DNA of 64,000 nt from an uncultured archaeon (GCA_963782915.1 CAWALK010000025.1:32001-96000), one strand, 5' to 3'. Counted from the first letter of the stretch, positions 33,452 through 44,950 are shown. Notes: generated by a model not told the origin, from the letters alone. A program made the numbers and translations.

Positions 33452-35032
33452 ATGCCGAAAATTGGAAAGAAAAAACAAGAAGAAATTCAAGTTAAGCTGG
33501 AAACTCCCGATGAAGAATTGATAGCGTACCTTGGCATTCAAGGGTTTCAGGTGCCGGAAGGCTACAGTCAAATTGAGAGTTACCCGCTTAATCCGCCGTT
33601 TTCTTACGCTTGGATTTTCCAAGATGACTCTGAAGGCAGCTTCTTCTATGTAGTTGACGAGTTACCAATGTCACGGGCTGAACGGGAATCTTACAAGCAA
33701 CTAAAAGGCATCTTGGAATTCGAATTAAAAGCTCCCCATTTAGATGAGACACTAATCGATTCTTTCCACAGGCAACTTCCACCAATCATGGATAACCACA
33801 AAGAAATTCTAGGCTCCACAAACGCCATTGGCGTACGAAAAATCAATTATTACCTAGAAAAAGACTTAATCGGATACGGAAAAATCGATGGTTTAATCCG
33901 TGACCCATTCATTGAAGACATAAGTTGCTTAGGCATAAACAAACCCGTCTACATTTACCACAGAAAATACTCTAACGCCCGAACAAACATCGTCTACACT
34001 GACGAAGAAGAACTCGATGACTTCATAACACGCATCGTTCACAGACAAGGCAAACACGTAAGCATCGCCCACCCCATCGTCGACTTAACCCTGCCCGGCA
34101 AACACCGTCTCGCAGTGTCTTTTGGAAAAGAAACCACCCCTGCAGGCAGCAGCTTCACCATCAGAAAATTCAAAGATGACCCCTTAACCATCGTCGATTT
34201 GATCCTAAACGAAACCATCGATGAATCCATCGCAGCGTATCTTTGGATGCTTATGGAAAACAAGATGTCCGTTATGGTTGTTGGACCCACAGGAGCCGGC
34301 AAAACCACCGCACTCAACGCCATCGCCTGCTTAGTACGCCCCGACTTCAAAATGATTTCGGTGGAAGAAGTTCAAGAAATCAATTTGCCCCAAGAAAACT
34401 GGGTATCAACCATCGCCAGAACCGGCTTCGGCGGAGACGGAGACGGCGAAGTCACACTCTACGACCTAATCAAATCAGCAGTACGACACCGCCCAACCTT
34501 GATCCTAGTAGGCGAAATCAGAGGAGAAGAAGCATACGTACTATTCCAGGCTTTGGCAACAGGTCACGGTGGCTTATGCACCATGCACGCCGACGACGTA
34601 GAAACAGTCGTTAAAAGATTAACTCAGCCACCCATGAACATTCCCCAAAACATCCTCTCACTAATGAACTGCGTAATCGTCGTAAAACAAGTCAAAAACA
34701 CCAGCTTTAACCCACATGAAAGAAAAGGCTCAAGCCGCAAATTCACCAAAATCGCCGAAATCGATAGCGGCGGCATGGCTCAAGAAGTCTTCAACTGGAA
34801 CCTCTCAACAGACACCTTCCAAAGCAAACTAGATAAAAGCTACCTATTCGCAAAAATCGCCAAAACAGTCGATGTCCCAGTTAGCGTTGTATTGCAAGAG
34901 TTTGAACGCCGCAAAAAGATTTTGCTAAGCATGGTGGAGCAGAACCTACGTGACTTCCGAAGCGTACACAAGGCATTAAACAGTTCATTAAACCTCGATG
35001 AATTAAACAAAGCAGCCGCCGAGGTACAATAA
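33452..35032 (+). CDS. Type II/IV secretion (pilus assembly) ATPase
   Basis: GPTGAGKTT, FTIRKF, ILVGEIRG.EA, TGHGG..TMHA. Confidence 0.95.
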   Translation: MPKIGKKKQEEIQVKLETPDEELIAYLGIQGFQVPEGYSQIESYPLNPPFSYAWIFQDDSEGSFFYVVDELPMSRAERESYKQLKGILEFELKAPHLDETLIDSFHRQLPPIMDNHKEILGSTNAIGVRKINYYLEKDLIGYGKIDGLIRDPFIEDISCLGINKPVYIYHRKYSNARTNIVYTDEEELDDFITRIVHRQGKHVSIAHPIVDLTLPGKHRLAVSFGKETTPAGSSFTIRKFKDDPLTIVDLILNETIDESIAAYLWMLMENKMSVMVVGPTGAGKTTALNAIACLVRPDFKMISVEEVQEINLPQENWVSTIARTGFGGDGDGEVTLYDLIKSAVRHRPTLILVGEIRGEEAYVLFQALATGHGGLCTMHADDVETVVKRLTQPPMNIPQNILSLMNCVIVVKQVKNTSFNPHERKGSSRKFTKIAEIDSGGMAQEVFNWNLSTDTFQSKLDKSYLFAKIAKTVDVPVSVVLQEFERRKKILLSMVEQNLRDFRSVHKALNSSLNLDELNKAAAEVQ

Positions 35033-35035
35033 TAG

Positions 35036-36564
35036 ATGAAAGCTAAAGGCGGTCCCTTAGGCAAAATCTTCGGTTTCCTCAACACAGCATCTAGCGAAGA
35101 GAGAGAGAAAACCGAGACAGAGTTGCCTTTCGCAGTCATGATTTTCACTTTGATGGCTGCAAGCGGGATTTCGCCTTATGATAGCTGGAAGAAAATGCGT
35201 AAGATGACTTTTCTGCCCTTCTTCAAGAAGGAAGCAGATGAAGTCATACGACAAGTTGAGGTCCTCGGAAAGGATCCACTGACCGTTATGATTCAGCGAG
35301 CCGAAGAAACGTCGTCAAAGTTGTACCGTAACTTTCTTGGCGGCTTCGTGTCTTCGGTACGAAGCGGAGGCAAATTAGTCGATTACATGAAAAGCCAGCT
35401 TAAATCAATCTTTGAATTACGCTACATCAACCTTAACCGCTCAATCGATAAAATCGCTGCGTTGGTTGAAGCCTACTCAGTCATGCTCATCGTAGTATTG
35501 TGCGTTTACATACTCTTCGTTATCTTTTCGTCCTCAAGCGTTATGGATTTGCTTGCCAGCACTTCCATCTCGATTTCGCCAAGCATCTCCTACATCATAG
35601 CTTTCGTAGCCATGCCGGTTATGTCTTGTATTTTCATCCTCATGGCGCATAACATGCAGAAAAGCGCTTTCCCAAACCTAAAAGACGTCTACAAAAAAGC
35701 AATCATCTTCATAGTTCCCGCATTCGTAGTCATCGGCGTTTTCGGCATGATTGGTTCACTCACCGAAGCAATTAAACCACTTGGGCTTCCAGAAATCGCT
35801 ACCATCGCCCTCGTTGGCTCAACAATACCCGGTGCCATACAATACTATCGTATATCAAAAATCAACTATAACGCTGAAGAATCCATCCCCAGCTTCATCC
35901 GAGATATAACGGAATCCCAAAAAACTGGTCTTTCACCCGAAAAAAGCATAGTGCAAGCTACAAAACGCAAGGGTTATGGGTCATTCACAAAGTTTCTAGA
36001 TTTGATTCGAAGCCAAATAGAGTGGGGTATACCGCTTAGGAAAACTTTTGAAAACCTCCAAAAGGAAATCCGAAGCTGGTTTGTCGTCGTAAACTTTGCC
36101 ATGATGGTTGAAACCCTTGAAATCGGCGGCAACTCTATTCAATCACTTGAAATTCTCTCTGAATACAGCGAAAAAGAACGCGAAATACAAATCAACCGCC
36201 GAACACTCCTCAAGCCCTATATTATTTTGGCTTTCATGTGGAGCGCCTTAATCGCTGTTACAACAACAATCGTTGCCCTAACTACTACTATGATGACTGG
36301 CATGGTTAGTACTGATATCTCCGCAATGGCTACGATGGCTATGCAGAGATCAACTCCAAGTCTTCTCAGTCGGAATCATTATTCAATGCTGGATTTCAGG
36401 GTTCTTTATTGGAAAAATAAGCGAAGGGAACTTTGGAGCAGGCTTTAGAAACGCAGCTATGCTTGCAGCAACCGCATATCTGTCATTGGTGCTCTCGCAA
36501 TATCTACTGCAGGGAACATTCACTATGATTACGCCGCCAACCAGTAGTGGAGGGTCTCCCATAA
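35036..36564 (+). CDS. TadC/FlaJ-like pilus membrane platform protein (frameshift near 36345)
   Basis: Two T2SSF-type repeats (ELPFA..MAASG; IPSFIRDI..KTG) with multiple TMs. Confidence 0.88.
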
Positions 36565-37602
36565 CTGCCTTCCAGTTCCTTTGATACCTTCTTTGCTTGT
36601 ACCATCATCGTAGCAGCGGCGCTCATAGCTACGGCTTTTTTGGGCACAACCCTGCAGGCTAGAATCGCTAGCACAGATGATGTCAACAAGGATAGTTACC
36701 TCACAGCTATAGCTGACCGCATAGTAACCTACCCAGGAAGCCCCAACGATTGGGGAAAACGCCAAGATGTGCCCCAAGATTTCGGTTTAGCCGCCAGTGC
36801 ATCAAATGGCGCAAACGAGTTGGATATAGATAAGATCAGTCGGCTTAGCAGCCAAAACAGGTATGCATTAGGGTATGTTGAGTTGGTAAATGCTGCTCAA
36901 CTAAACGATATGGCTTTGGGAATCACGGTTTCACAGGTTATGACCCTCACTATTGAGCAATCCAGTAGTCATACCGTTGGCAGCGAAACCTATTCTACAG
37001 TGCATGTTTGGTCGAGCATTAACTCAAAGCCAACCGGCGCGAATTTGCATTGTTATCTTATTGCGGATAATTATGTAGATAACCTTACTGCGGTGATCCC
37101 TGAGTCAGGAACCTATACCTTAACTGTGCATCTTCCCAGCGCACTAGTTGATGATGCTTTGCTTGTAGTGTTTGCGAGGGCACCCTTTGATGACAGAATT
37201 ACCTCATACGCAACCTATAACTTATCGAGTGGAATCCAGCAAACAACACCCAACGGCACAACCCTATCAATGAGCCCACAGGATTATACACTTAGTTTCA
37301 ACCAATCAAGCGTCACAATTGGAAACGTTTACGCCTTAACCTATTCTTACATGCAAAACGTAACCTCAATCCAAACCTCAACTTGCGCAATCCCCAGATT
37401 AATCGATAACAGCCCATTTGTTCTGGTTGCCTGTGCAGGGAACGGCGCCAATTATGTCGAAGAGTGGACAGCTTATCCCCAAGTTCCCCTAAACGCGGGT
37501 TCCAGTTTTGAAGGTTCAGAACGCAATGTCTTCAGTTACTTAGTTACCGTTGATGGGGTGCTCTATCGGCTTGAGGTAAGCTTGGGAGATGTTAACCATT
37601 GA
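36565..37602 (+). CDS. Pilus accessory protein (frame opens at CTG 36565)
   Basis: PSSSFDTFFACTIIV hydrophobic N-terminus in frame with the 36640 ORF; PGSPNDWG motif. Confidence 0.7.
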   Translation: MPSSSFDTFFACTIIVAAALIATAFLGTTLQARIASTDDVNKDSYLTAIADRIVTYPGSPNDWGKRQDVPQDFGLAASASNGANELDIDKISRLSSQNRYALGYVELVNAAQLNDMALGITVSQVMTLTIEQSSSHTVGSETYSTVHVWSSINSKPTGANLHCYLIADNYVDNLTAVIPESGTYTLTVHLPSALVDDALLVVFARAPFDDRITSYATYNLSSGIQQTTPNGTTLSMSPQDYTLSFNQSSVTIGNVYALTYSYMQNVTSIQTSTCAIPRLIDNSPFVLVACAGNGANYVEEWTAYPQVPLNAGSSFEGSERNVFSYLVTVDGVLYRLEVSLGDVNH

Positions 37603-38024
37603 GGCGACTAATTAAAGACCAGAAGGGGCAAGTGCGCGTGATAGAAGCCTTCTTTGCTTCGATGCTGATTCTGTCCTGTTTGACGCTTATTCCAGCCCAA
37701 ACAACGGTGGATAGTCCTGATGACAACTTGGCATCTAAAGCTGAGAATGTCCTTGTAAGCCTTGATGGCAACGGGCAGTTAGGGCGGCTTATTGATAGCC
37801 GTGATTGGGTTGGGCTTGGCAATTGCTTGGAATCTGCTTTACCGCTTATGCTGTGGTTTAACTTAACAGTTTACGATGCAGATCAAAACTGCCTAAACTC
37901 CTATCCGATATGTAATGGCGGCGCTGTTAGCAACGAGGTTTCATCAATTACCTATGTTTGTGCCAGCCAAAACAGTACGTTTGCTGTGTATGTTTTGCAG
38001 TTGCAGCTGGCGAGGGTGGACTAA
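37599..38024 (+). CDS. Minor pilin
   Basis: KG-QVRVIEAFFASMLI class III signal. Confidence 0.8.
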   Translation: MRRLIKDQKGQVRVIEAFFASMLILSCLTLIPAQTTVDSPDDNLASKAENVLVSLDGNGQLGRLIDSRDWVGLGNCLESALPLMLWFNLTVYDADQNCLNSYPICNGGAVSNEVSSITYVCASQNSTFAVYVLQLQLARVD

Positions 38025-38025
38025 A

Positions 38026-38829
38026 ATGGCTCGTCGAAGTTTTAGGCGTGACTGTCGCGGCCAAGTTATCATTGTTAGCGCCTTGTTGGTGGCTTTGATT
38101 TTGCTTTCAACCGCAATCTATGTTATCGATATCCAAAAAGATGTGCCCATGGTCGAGACTGAAAATAGCGGCGGCTCAGTCAACGCGTATAAATCAAGTG
38201 TCAGGAATGCCTTGATTAGTGCTTTGGCAAACGTTACTGGTGGCGGCAGCTCAGCGATTTTAACATCTGATTTGGCGGAATTGAAGGCTGCTATTCTTGA
38301 GCATTCTTACCAATCCCTTACGCGGATGGATTATACTCTGCGGGACGGCGGCGTCTATTCGGATGGGGTTTGGGTTTCATGGGGCAACAGCGGCGATGGA
38401 GTGTCGAGTGCATATGTTTCCGTAACGATTAGTTCTAAAAGTTCCTCTGGCGGCTCAGAGGTGGCATATGCATTGAATGTGACGTCCCGTGTGCATGTAA
38501 GCGGCAGCTATGTGCAGCTTAATGAAACGCATAAGCAAGTCAATTTAACAGTGAACTATTACAGTGAATCAGGCGATGCGTTAGCACAAAACTTGGTTTT
38601 CAGCTACCAAAACGCTTCCAGTTGGGTAGCTGCAGAATCGCCCACAATAATCAACTATGGAAACGGCACATACACAGCCTCTTTCTATGCACAAACCAGC
38701 CAAGTTAGTGAGCCGTTGGATGTTTCAACATTATGTTTAGACACGAGAGGTATATCTGTAGGAGCAAACTTGACATGCAGTACGCATAACGTAATAGACA
38801 CTTTACTGGCAGGTTGGTTTGATGAATAA
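38026..38829 (+). CDS. Minor pilin
   Basis: RG-QVIIVSALLVALILL class III signal. Confidence 0.78.
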   Translation: MARRSFRRDCRGQVIIVSALLVALILLSTAIYVIDIQKDVPMVETENSGGSVNAYKSSVRNALISALANVTGGGSSAILTSDLAELKAAILEHSYQSLTRMDYTLRDGGVYSDGVWVSWGNSGDGVSSAYVSVTISSKSSSGGSEVAYALNVTSRVHVSGSYVQLNETHKQVNLTVNYYSESGDALAQNLVFSYQNASSWVAAESPTIINYGNGTYTASFYAQTSQVSEPLDVSTLCLDTRGISVGANLTCSTHNVIDTLLAGWFDE

Positions 38830-40144
38830 ATCCATTAAAGCTATAGTTGCGTTGATGATTGTTGCGATAGTTTTAACCATCGTTAGCATGGCGCAGACGT
38901 CTCAGCCTCTGAGTGTGGATGATGGTTCATTTTTGACTGTGTCTGAAGGCAAAGCTGTTTGGGCTCAAGCTTACGGTGGCTCAGCAGATGACCGCGCATT
39001 ATATGCCTTGCCGGTAGGCGATGGGTTTTTGGTTGTTGGTTCAACCCGCTCAGTTGTGAATGCAACGGTCGGGTGGGCTCTAATGCTTGACAGCCAAGGC
39101 AACCAACTTTGGAATCGTACTTATCTTGATGGGGCAGGAACCGAAATCCGCTGTGTAGCCAACACAAGCGATGGTTATTTGCTGGTTGGGAACCAGTTTG
39201 CGGCTTCCGGCGACATCAACGGCTACGTTGCAAAAGTTGACTTAGCGGGTGCCGTGGTTTGGCAAACAGTTGTCGGCGGCACAAAAATCGACAAACTCTT
39301 TAGCGGCGTCGTTGCAAGTGACGGGTTTGTTGTTTGCGGCTTAAGCTACTCCTATGGCAGCGGTGATGCGGAGTCTTGGGCAGTGAAACTGGATGGCAAG
39401 GGCGTAGTGGTTTGGAATAATGTTTACGGCGGCTACGTTGACGCTGCATTACGCTCAGCTGTGGTCGCTTCGGATGGCGGCTTCATTACGGCAGGTTATG
39501 TGGATGAGGGCGAGGGCAACTATGATTTTTACCTCCTAAAACTCGCCGATGATGGTAGCCGCGTATGGAATCACACTTACGGCGGATTTGACAGCGAGAA
39601 AGCTTACTCTATCACCCGAGCCCAGAACGGCTACGTAGTTGTGGGTGACGCGGCTTCAACCGCAACCAATACAGACGCTTGGGTCCTCAAAGTAGATTCT
39701 CAAGGCGCTCAGGTGTGGAGTAAAACGGTAGGGGGAAACAGCGCTGATTCAGCAGCCTACGTCACAGCCGCCAAATCCGGAGGCTACCTAATCTGCGGCT
39801 TCACATTCTCATTCGGCGAGGGCCAAAGGGATTTCTGGCTATTTAACATAAGCGAAGAAGGACAAGTAGGATTCAGCTGTACATTTGGTAACTCTGCATT
39901 CCAGGAAGCCTACGCCGTCATCGATGCAGGCGCAGGCGAATATGTCTTGGTTGGTTGGACTGATCCATTGGGGCAGCCTGAGTTGGTCGGCCGCGCCACC
40001 TACGACTTCTATGTAGTAAAACTTAGTCAAGGCGAAGTTGCCAGTAGTTTCTCTACGGTAACCCTAGTTTTGACTTTGGTTATCTTTGCGCTTTTAGCGG
40101 TAATTTTGGTTTTGCTGTTTCGGATGCGGGGAAACAAAAAATAG
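38822..40144 (+). CDS. Surface beta-propeller protein with C-terminal TM
   Basis: About seven W.xx.YGG..D..DGy.v.G repeats; signal peptide; membrane anchor. Confidence 0.85.
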   Translation: MNKSIKAIVALMIVAIVLTIVSMAQTSQPLSVDDGSFLTVSEGKAVWAQAYGGSADDRALYALPVGDGFLVVGSTRSVVNATVGWALMLDSQGNQLWNRTYLDGAGTEIRCVANTSDGYLLVGNQFAASGDINGYVAKVDLAGAVVWQTVVGGTKIDKLFSGVVASDGFVVCGLSYSYGSGDAESWAVKLDGKGVVVWNNVYGGYVDAALRSAVVASDGGFITAGYVDEGEGNYDFYLLKLADDGSRVWNHTYGGFDSEKAYSITRAQNGYVVVGDAASTATNTDAWVLKVDSQGAQVWSKTVGGNSADSAAYVTAAKSGGYLICGFTFSFGEGQRDFWLFNISEEGQVGFSCTFGNSAFQEAYAVIDAGAGEYVLVGWTDPLGQPELVGRATYDFYVVKLSQGEVASSFSTVTLVLTLVIFALLAVILVLLFRMRGNKK

Positions 40145-40182
40145 TTCAGCCAAAAAGGCTGTTTTTAGCCCAAAAGGGCTGT

Positions 40183-41064
40183 TTATTCTTCTGTTAGTTT
40201 GGAGAAGAGAATTTGCAATGTGTTTACGAGTGCTTTGTAGTTGGTCCAAATTGCTGCGGTGCGGAACTTCTTTTTAACGTCGTCTGTGTCGTCGTTGTCT
40301 TTTTCGTGGAATGTGATTAGGACTTCTTTTTTGTCTGCGATCATGAAGCATGGTAAGTTTTCTTCGTTGTTGCTGATTCGGTGTTGGCCGCTTAGCCAGG
40401 TCATTTCGCCTAGGAAGTATGCACTTTTGAGGCTGGTGTCTGTGATGACTGTTACGTTGACTTTGTCTGCTTGGGTTTTGAGTTTGTCGCTGAAGTCGTT
40501 GTAGTAGAGTTCGCTGAGGTAGTCTGCGGATGCGTAGATTTGGAAGGTTTCTACGCTGCGTTCGAGGAGTTCGTTGGCTTTCATCAGCACCTGTTGTTCG
40601 CCTTCTAGCATTTGGAAGAGTTCTTTTTTGGCGGTTTCCTGTTTTGCTTGGGGCATAGATTGCCAGAGTTCGACGAGGCTTGGTTTTTCTTGTTCGAGTA
40701 GTTTGATTTTGATTTTCTGTGCGTCAACGAGTAAGTCGATGGCTTTGTCTAGGGCTACTGCGGTGAATTTGAGTGGTTTTTCGAAGATTGAAAATACGAT
40801 GCCTTTCTTTTCTAGGTCGCGTAGGATGCGGTAGGTTTCTGTGCGGTGCAGTGCGATGGCTTCTGCGATTTCGCCGGCTTTCTTTTCGCCTGCGCGGGCA
40901 AGGTAGAGATATACACGGATCTCGTTTTTGAGTAGCCCAAATCTTGCGAGTGTTTCCTCGATTGATGCTAACTGCTTGACTACTGTTTGGTCTTTCTTGA
41001 CAAGTTTGTAACCATCCGATTGCTTGTTGTAGACCTTCATCACGTTTTCCATTGCAAGTGCCAT
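40183..41064 (-). CDS. TrmB-family transcriptional regulator
   Basis: FGLLKNEIRVYLYL..A.EIA..HRTETYRILRDLEKKG..KPLKF. Confidence 0.88.
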   Translation of the reverse strand: MALAMENVMKVYNKQSDGYKLVKKDQTVVKQLASIEETLARFGLLKNEIRVYLYLARAGEKKAGEIAEAIALHRTETYRILRDLEKKGIVFSIFEKPLKFTAVALDKAIDLLVDAQKIKIKLLEQEKPSLVELWQSMPQAKQETAKKELFQMLEGEQQVLMKANELLERSVETFQIYASADYLSELYYNDFSDKLKTQADKVNVTVITDTSLKSAYFLGEMTWLSGQHRISNNEENLPCFMIADKKEVLITFHEKDNDDTDDVKKKFRTAAIWTNYKALVNTLQILFSKLTEE

Positions 41065-41137
41065 ATAGATTAAATCCTGTTTGGGGGTATTGCATCTCAA
41101 TTTAGACTGTTAATATATAATATCGTTGCGACTTAGC

Positions 41138-41160
41138 AATATGAATTGGTAATTCATATT
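41138..41160. promoter_or_regulatory. Perfect inverted repeat upstream of TrmB regulator
   Basis: AATATGAATT-GGT-AATTCATATT. Confidence 0.6.
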
Positions 41161-41656
41161 CGAAATATCGTTTATTTGCATGATTAAATATTGCAAATGA
41201 AATAAGTTAGCGTTTGAAATGTTGAATGCTGTACAGTTTGGTGTTTGACCAATCCTGACACACAGAACTGTTTGTCACCGACCACACACCTACAACCATT
41301 AAAGCAGTAAGCCCCCGCAGGACAATTTCTCTGATAAATCTAACCTTGATAGGAATATTTCGCCAATTTGCTCTGCAAACGTGCCATCAAGCATTAAAAT
41401 AACAGAAAAACACATTGAGTAACTGGGGATAGTCAGATTTTGAGTAATAATAATGAAGGATACAAAAAACAACATAAAACCTCAAAACAGAACAAGCCCG
41501 ATATAACCGCCAAACTCTCACGTGTTAACCTAGACGAACAAACAAATAAGGGCCAACAATGTTTAAACGCTCTAACAAAACAATCAACAAGTAAATTGCC
41601 CGACGGAAAAGACCACAGCTAACAAAGCGGTTGATACATCAAAAAAGAGATTATCA

Positions 41657-42049
41657 TTAGGCCTCTGTCTGTATCGGTAATTGAATTATGAATTTTGTAC
41701 CCATTCCTTCTTTACTTTCAAAACCGATAGTTCCATTTAATGCTTCTATTAACCGTTTTACAACGGCTAATCCCAACCCTTGACCTTTAGCTTTGGTTGT
41801 TGTCATCGGCGTAAATAGCCTATTTTTAACTTCTTCAGGGATACCCATACCCGTGTCAGAAACAGTAATGTAAACTTGGGTTTCACTATGGTAGCATGCT
41901 ACGCCCAATCTTCCTCCATCTGGCATGGCTTGAATTGCGTTAGTAACTAGATTTGTTAGTGCTCGTCTGATAAACAGCGGGTCAGTTTTTAGTGGTGGGC
42001 AGTTATTTACTTCGATTGAAAGTTTTATTGACACTAGCTCCTCTGCCAT
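41657..42049 (-). CDS. Isolated histidine-kinase ATPase (HATPase_c) domain, probably a remnant
   Basis: NLVTNAIQA, DTGMG, GQGLGL boxes; no H-box upstream. Confidence 0.75.
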   Translation of the reverse strand: MAEELVSIKLSIEVNNCPPLKTDPLFIRRALTNLVTNAIQAMPDGGRLGVACYHSETQVYITVSDTGMGIPEEVKNRLFTPMTTTKAKGQGLGLAVVKRLIEALNGTIGFESKEGMGTKFIIQLPIQTEA

Positions 42050-42389
42050 GTTCTATATGTGATAAATAAACGCTAACTTTAGTGCATAAGAAAAATAGCC
42101 ATTAATTGATAGGTAAGGGCAGGCCTAAAATATTGGATTTATTAACTTCTAATTTTTCGCCTTTGTTGTTGTTGGTTGAAATCACAAGCTTTTAAATTAC
42201 CTATTGACCCTCAAATTGAATGAGGTCGTTAACATTTTATTATTTTTAACTCTAAGAAGACAGCGTAGCATACATCCTCAGCTTTTTTCACTTAGGAGTT
42301 TTTCCCTGTAAAATCCTATTGTAGAGTAGATAGATAGCAGTTAGAAGCGAGCCGATTCATGAGTTGTTTAAGAGAAAAACAAAGAATAT

Positions 42390-43646
42390 TTGGAGATCAG
42401 CGAAATGTTAATCGAACTTCTATTTGCGGTGAATATGATCTCGTTAGTTGTACTCATAACCTATGCCGCTAGACAGTACCTTTTTGTCTTCGCTGCTTTG
42501 AGGCATACTGAACCAAATTACCAATCGGACAATCAACCAGGTTATACTGTCACTATACTAATTCCTGCTAGAAACGAAGAAAAAGTAATCGGGCGAACCT
42601 TAGAATGTATGAGTCGACTCGATTATCCGCTTGATAAATTGGAAATTGTGGTTTTAAACGATGCATCAACAGATAATACGTCAAAAATCGCTCACCAATG
42701 GGCTGATAACTTCTCCGCGATAAAGGTTATCGATAGGCCTTTGGGCGGTTTAGGCAAAGGCGATGTTTTAAATCAAGGCATAAGAGAAACTAAAAATGAG
42801 ATTATTTTTATTTTTGACGCTGACTACACCCCTGCTCCTGATACAATAAAAAGGCTCATACGATGGTTCGATGACCCTCAAATTGGCTTGGTTCAAGGAA
42901 AAATTCAAGTTGATAATAAAGACGAGAATAATCTAACCAAAATGGTTCATACTGAGAGATGTGCGGGGTTTCTTTGTGACCTTTTAGCGCGAGACAAGCT
43001 AAAGGTTACCAACCAATTTGGCGGAACAGCTGGCGGTTTTAGAAGATCCCTCATTAGCCAAGTTGGGGAATGGGCGCCCAAAACGTTTTGTGAAGATACT
43101 GATTTGACTTGCCGTACTTTACTGGCGGGGTTTAAGGTAAAATATGATGCTTCTGTGAGTTGTGGCGAAGATGCCCCAGATAGGTTGAAGGTGTATTATA
43201 AACAGCGGTACCGCTGGATAAGGGGGCATGTTATTTGCGGATTAATGTATACGGCTAAATTCATTCGATCGCCTTTTTTATCTCTTCGAGAGAAAGTCGA
43301 TGGCGTACTTTGGTTAAATTTAAACTGTATTCCAATTTTTATTACAATCGGAACACTTGTTGGTTTTATAAGTCTATTATTGGCCCCAGTCGAATTAATA
43401 CCTCAGCCGTTCTCTGTTGCTCTCATTATTTTTGGAGCTGGAGCTACGTTTGCCACAGTTTTCACTGGTCTATATAGAGTTAAACAGGTAAGATACCTAA
43501 AGTTTGCTTTCTTGATGATGTTGAATAGTTACGTCATGTGTTTTGTGATTTGTTTGAAGGTTTATCTTGACATTATAACCAACCGAGCGTTTAGCTGGGA
43601 AAAGACCGAGAGAAGCCAAAAAGCGTTTAAACCCATTAGAACTTAA
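42390..43646 (+). CDS. GT2 glycosyltransferase, cellulose-synthase-like
   Basis: PARNE, DAD, EDTD, QRYRW motif, flanking TMs. Confidence 0.9.
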   Translation: MEISEMLIELLFAVNMISLVVLITYAARQYLFVFAALRHTEPNYQSDNQPGYTVTILIPARNEEKVIGRTLECMSRLDYPLDKLEIVVLNDASTDNTSKIAHQWADNFSAIKVIDRPLGGLGKGDVLNQGIRETKNEIIFIFDADYTPAPDTIKRLIRWFDDPQIGLVQGKIQVDNKDENNLTKMVHTERCAGFLCDLLARDKLKVTNQFGGTAGGFRRSLISQVGEWAPKTFCEDTDLTCRTLLAGFKVKYDASVSCGEDAPDRLKVYYKQRYRWIRGHVICGLMYTAKFIRSPFLSLREKVDGVLWLNLNCIPIFITIGTLVGFISLLLAPVELIPQPFSVALIIFGAGATFATVFTGLYRVKQVRYLKFAFLMMLNSYVMCFVICLKVYLDIITNRAFSWEKTERSQKAFKPIRT

Positions 43647-43711
43647 AAAAAAGAACAAATAGGGATATTGTCCAAAATTGTAGCTGAATTTTCAATTTTA
43701 GGCATTAGAGA

Positions 43712-44068
43712 TTAATATCGTGTTTGGTGGCGTTCTCTTTCAGTTTCAGGGATAAATGTTTCTGGTCTATTAGTTTCTGTTCTGGGTTCCTCGGGCGATC
43801 TTATTTCTGGTCTAATTGCTTCTCGTCTATAGTTTCCTTCGGCTCTTTGTATGTCTTCATCTAGCCTTCTTAGCTCTAAATCTACTTGTTCGTTTACTTG
43901 TTCAGTAGTCCATCGGTCCTCTACTCTATCTTCAACGCGTTCAGCTACTTCTACGGCTACTCGTTCTGGGAGACCTGCCGCTTTTAATGTGTCTTCGATG
44001 TCTTTGCTATCAAACTTTATTTCCTCGCCTGAGCGGGTAATTATTTTTGGTGAACCTATCTTTACCAA
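43712..44068 (-). CDS. Stand-alone ATP-cone domain protein
   Basis: IITRSGEEIKFDSKDI..AAG..VA; SD GGAGGTGA. Confidence 0.7.
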   Translation of the reverse strand: MVKIGSPKIITRSGEEIKFDSKDIEDTLKAAGLPERVAVEVAERVEDRVEDRWTTEQVNEQVDLELRRLDEDIQRAEGNYRREAIRPEIRSPEEPRTETNRPETFIPETERERHQTRY

Positions 44069-44629
44069 AAAATCACCTCCTTACCTGTCTATAAATTGCT
44101 GCTCTACCAATGCCAGCCGTGTTTCTCTTCTTTCTTACTTTTAGCAAAAAGGCTTAATCCGATTGCAGCCGCAGCGGCTCCAATGCTTGCGATGGCTATA
44201 TACTTCTTATAGTGATGCAAAATCATTTCTCCTAAGGTAGCCATGGAAAAAAAATTAATAAAGTTGTGTTGTTACCAGATTGAAATACAAAAGCAGCAGA
44301 CATCATTAGTTAGTGTGTGTCCCAGTTGATGTAGCGGTAAAAATTGAACCAACCGTTTGCTAAACTGATGCGGTTCAGTATTGTATAGCGGCAGTTTATT
44401 GTTAAACTATTCCCGATATTCGCTGACTATCCTGAAGCGAATAAAGTTAGGTATCTATGACTTATCAAATTAGTCGTCGCCAGTTTGAGTTGCACTAAGG
44501 ATTAGTTGCAGCATCTATAGTGGGTGTGTTCGGTTGCTTTTCTAATGGGGAATGATGGTTTGAAACGCAACAGCGTTTTTTTGGCTACGAATAGAGGCTG
44601 GTCTGAATTTAAAAATTAATAGAGAAGTA

Positions 44630-44749
44630 GGCTGCCAGCTTTCCCAGGTTCACGTGGCCTAAGACCACACTACAGCTGGGAACGGAACACGGTTTAACTT
44701 CTGAGTTCGGTATGGGATCAGGTGGAACCCGTGCCCTTTGACCGGCAAA
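44630..44749 (-). rRNA. rrf: 5S rRNA
   Basis: CCTGATCCCATACCGAACTCAGAAGTTAAAC core; terminal stem TGCCGG/CTGGCA; about 120 nt. Confidence 0.95.
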
Positions 44750-44950
44750 CCCACCTCTACGTATCATCTTCTCCTTATAAGTGTTGTTTTTTTGTTTATA
44801 CTTTCCCAATTGATCTCTTGTTTGCCAAAATTGCTTATAGGCGGCGGCTGGGGCTGGTTGCTGTTGACTGGCCGACTATTCCTGTATGGTTCAGGCTAGC
44901 GCCCGACTGTATTGTGCTGTTCAATGCTGCTCGTTGTTTGCAGTCAGTCT

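Noticed and set aside
28599-37602. Archaellum (fla/arl) operon
   Set aside because: No FlaH/FlaF/FlaG or chemotaxis genes; several minor pilins indicate an adhesive type IV pilus
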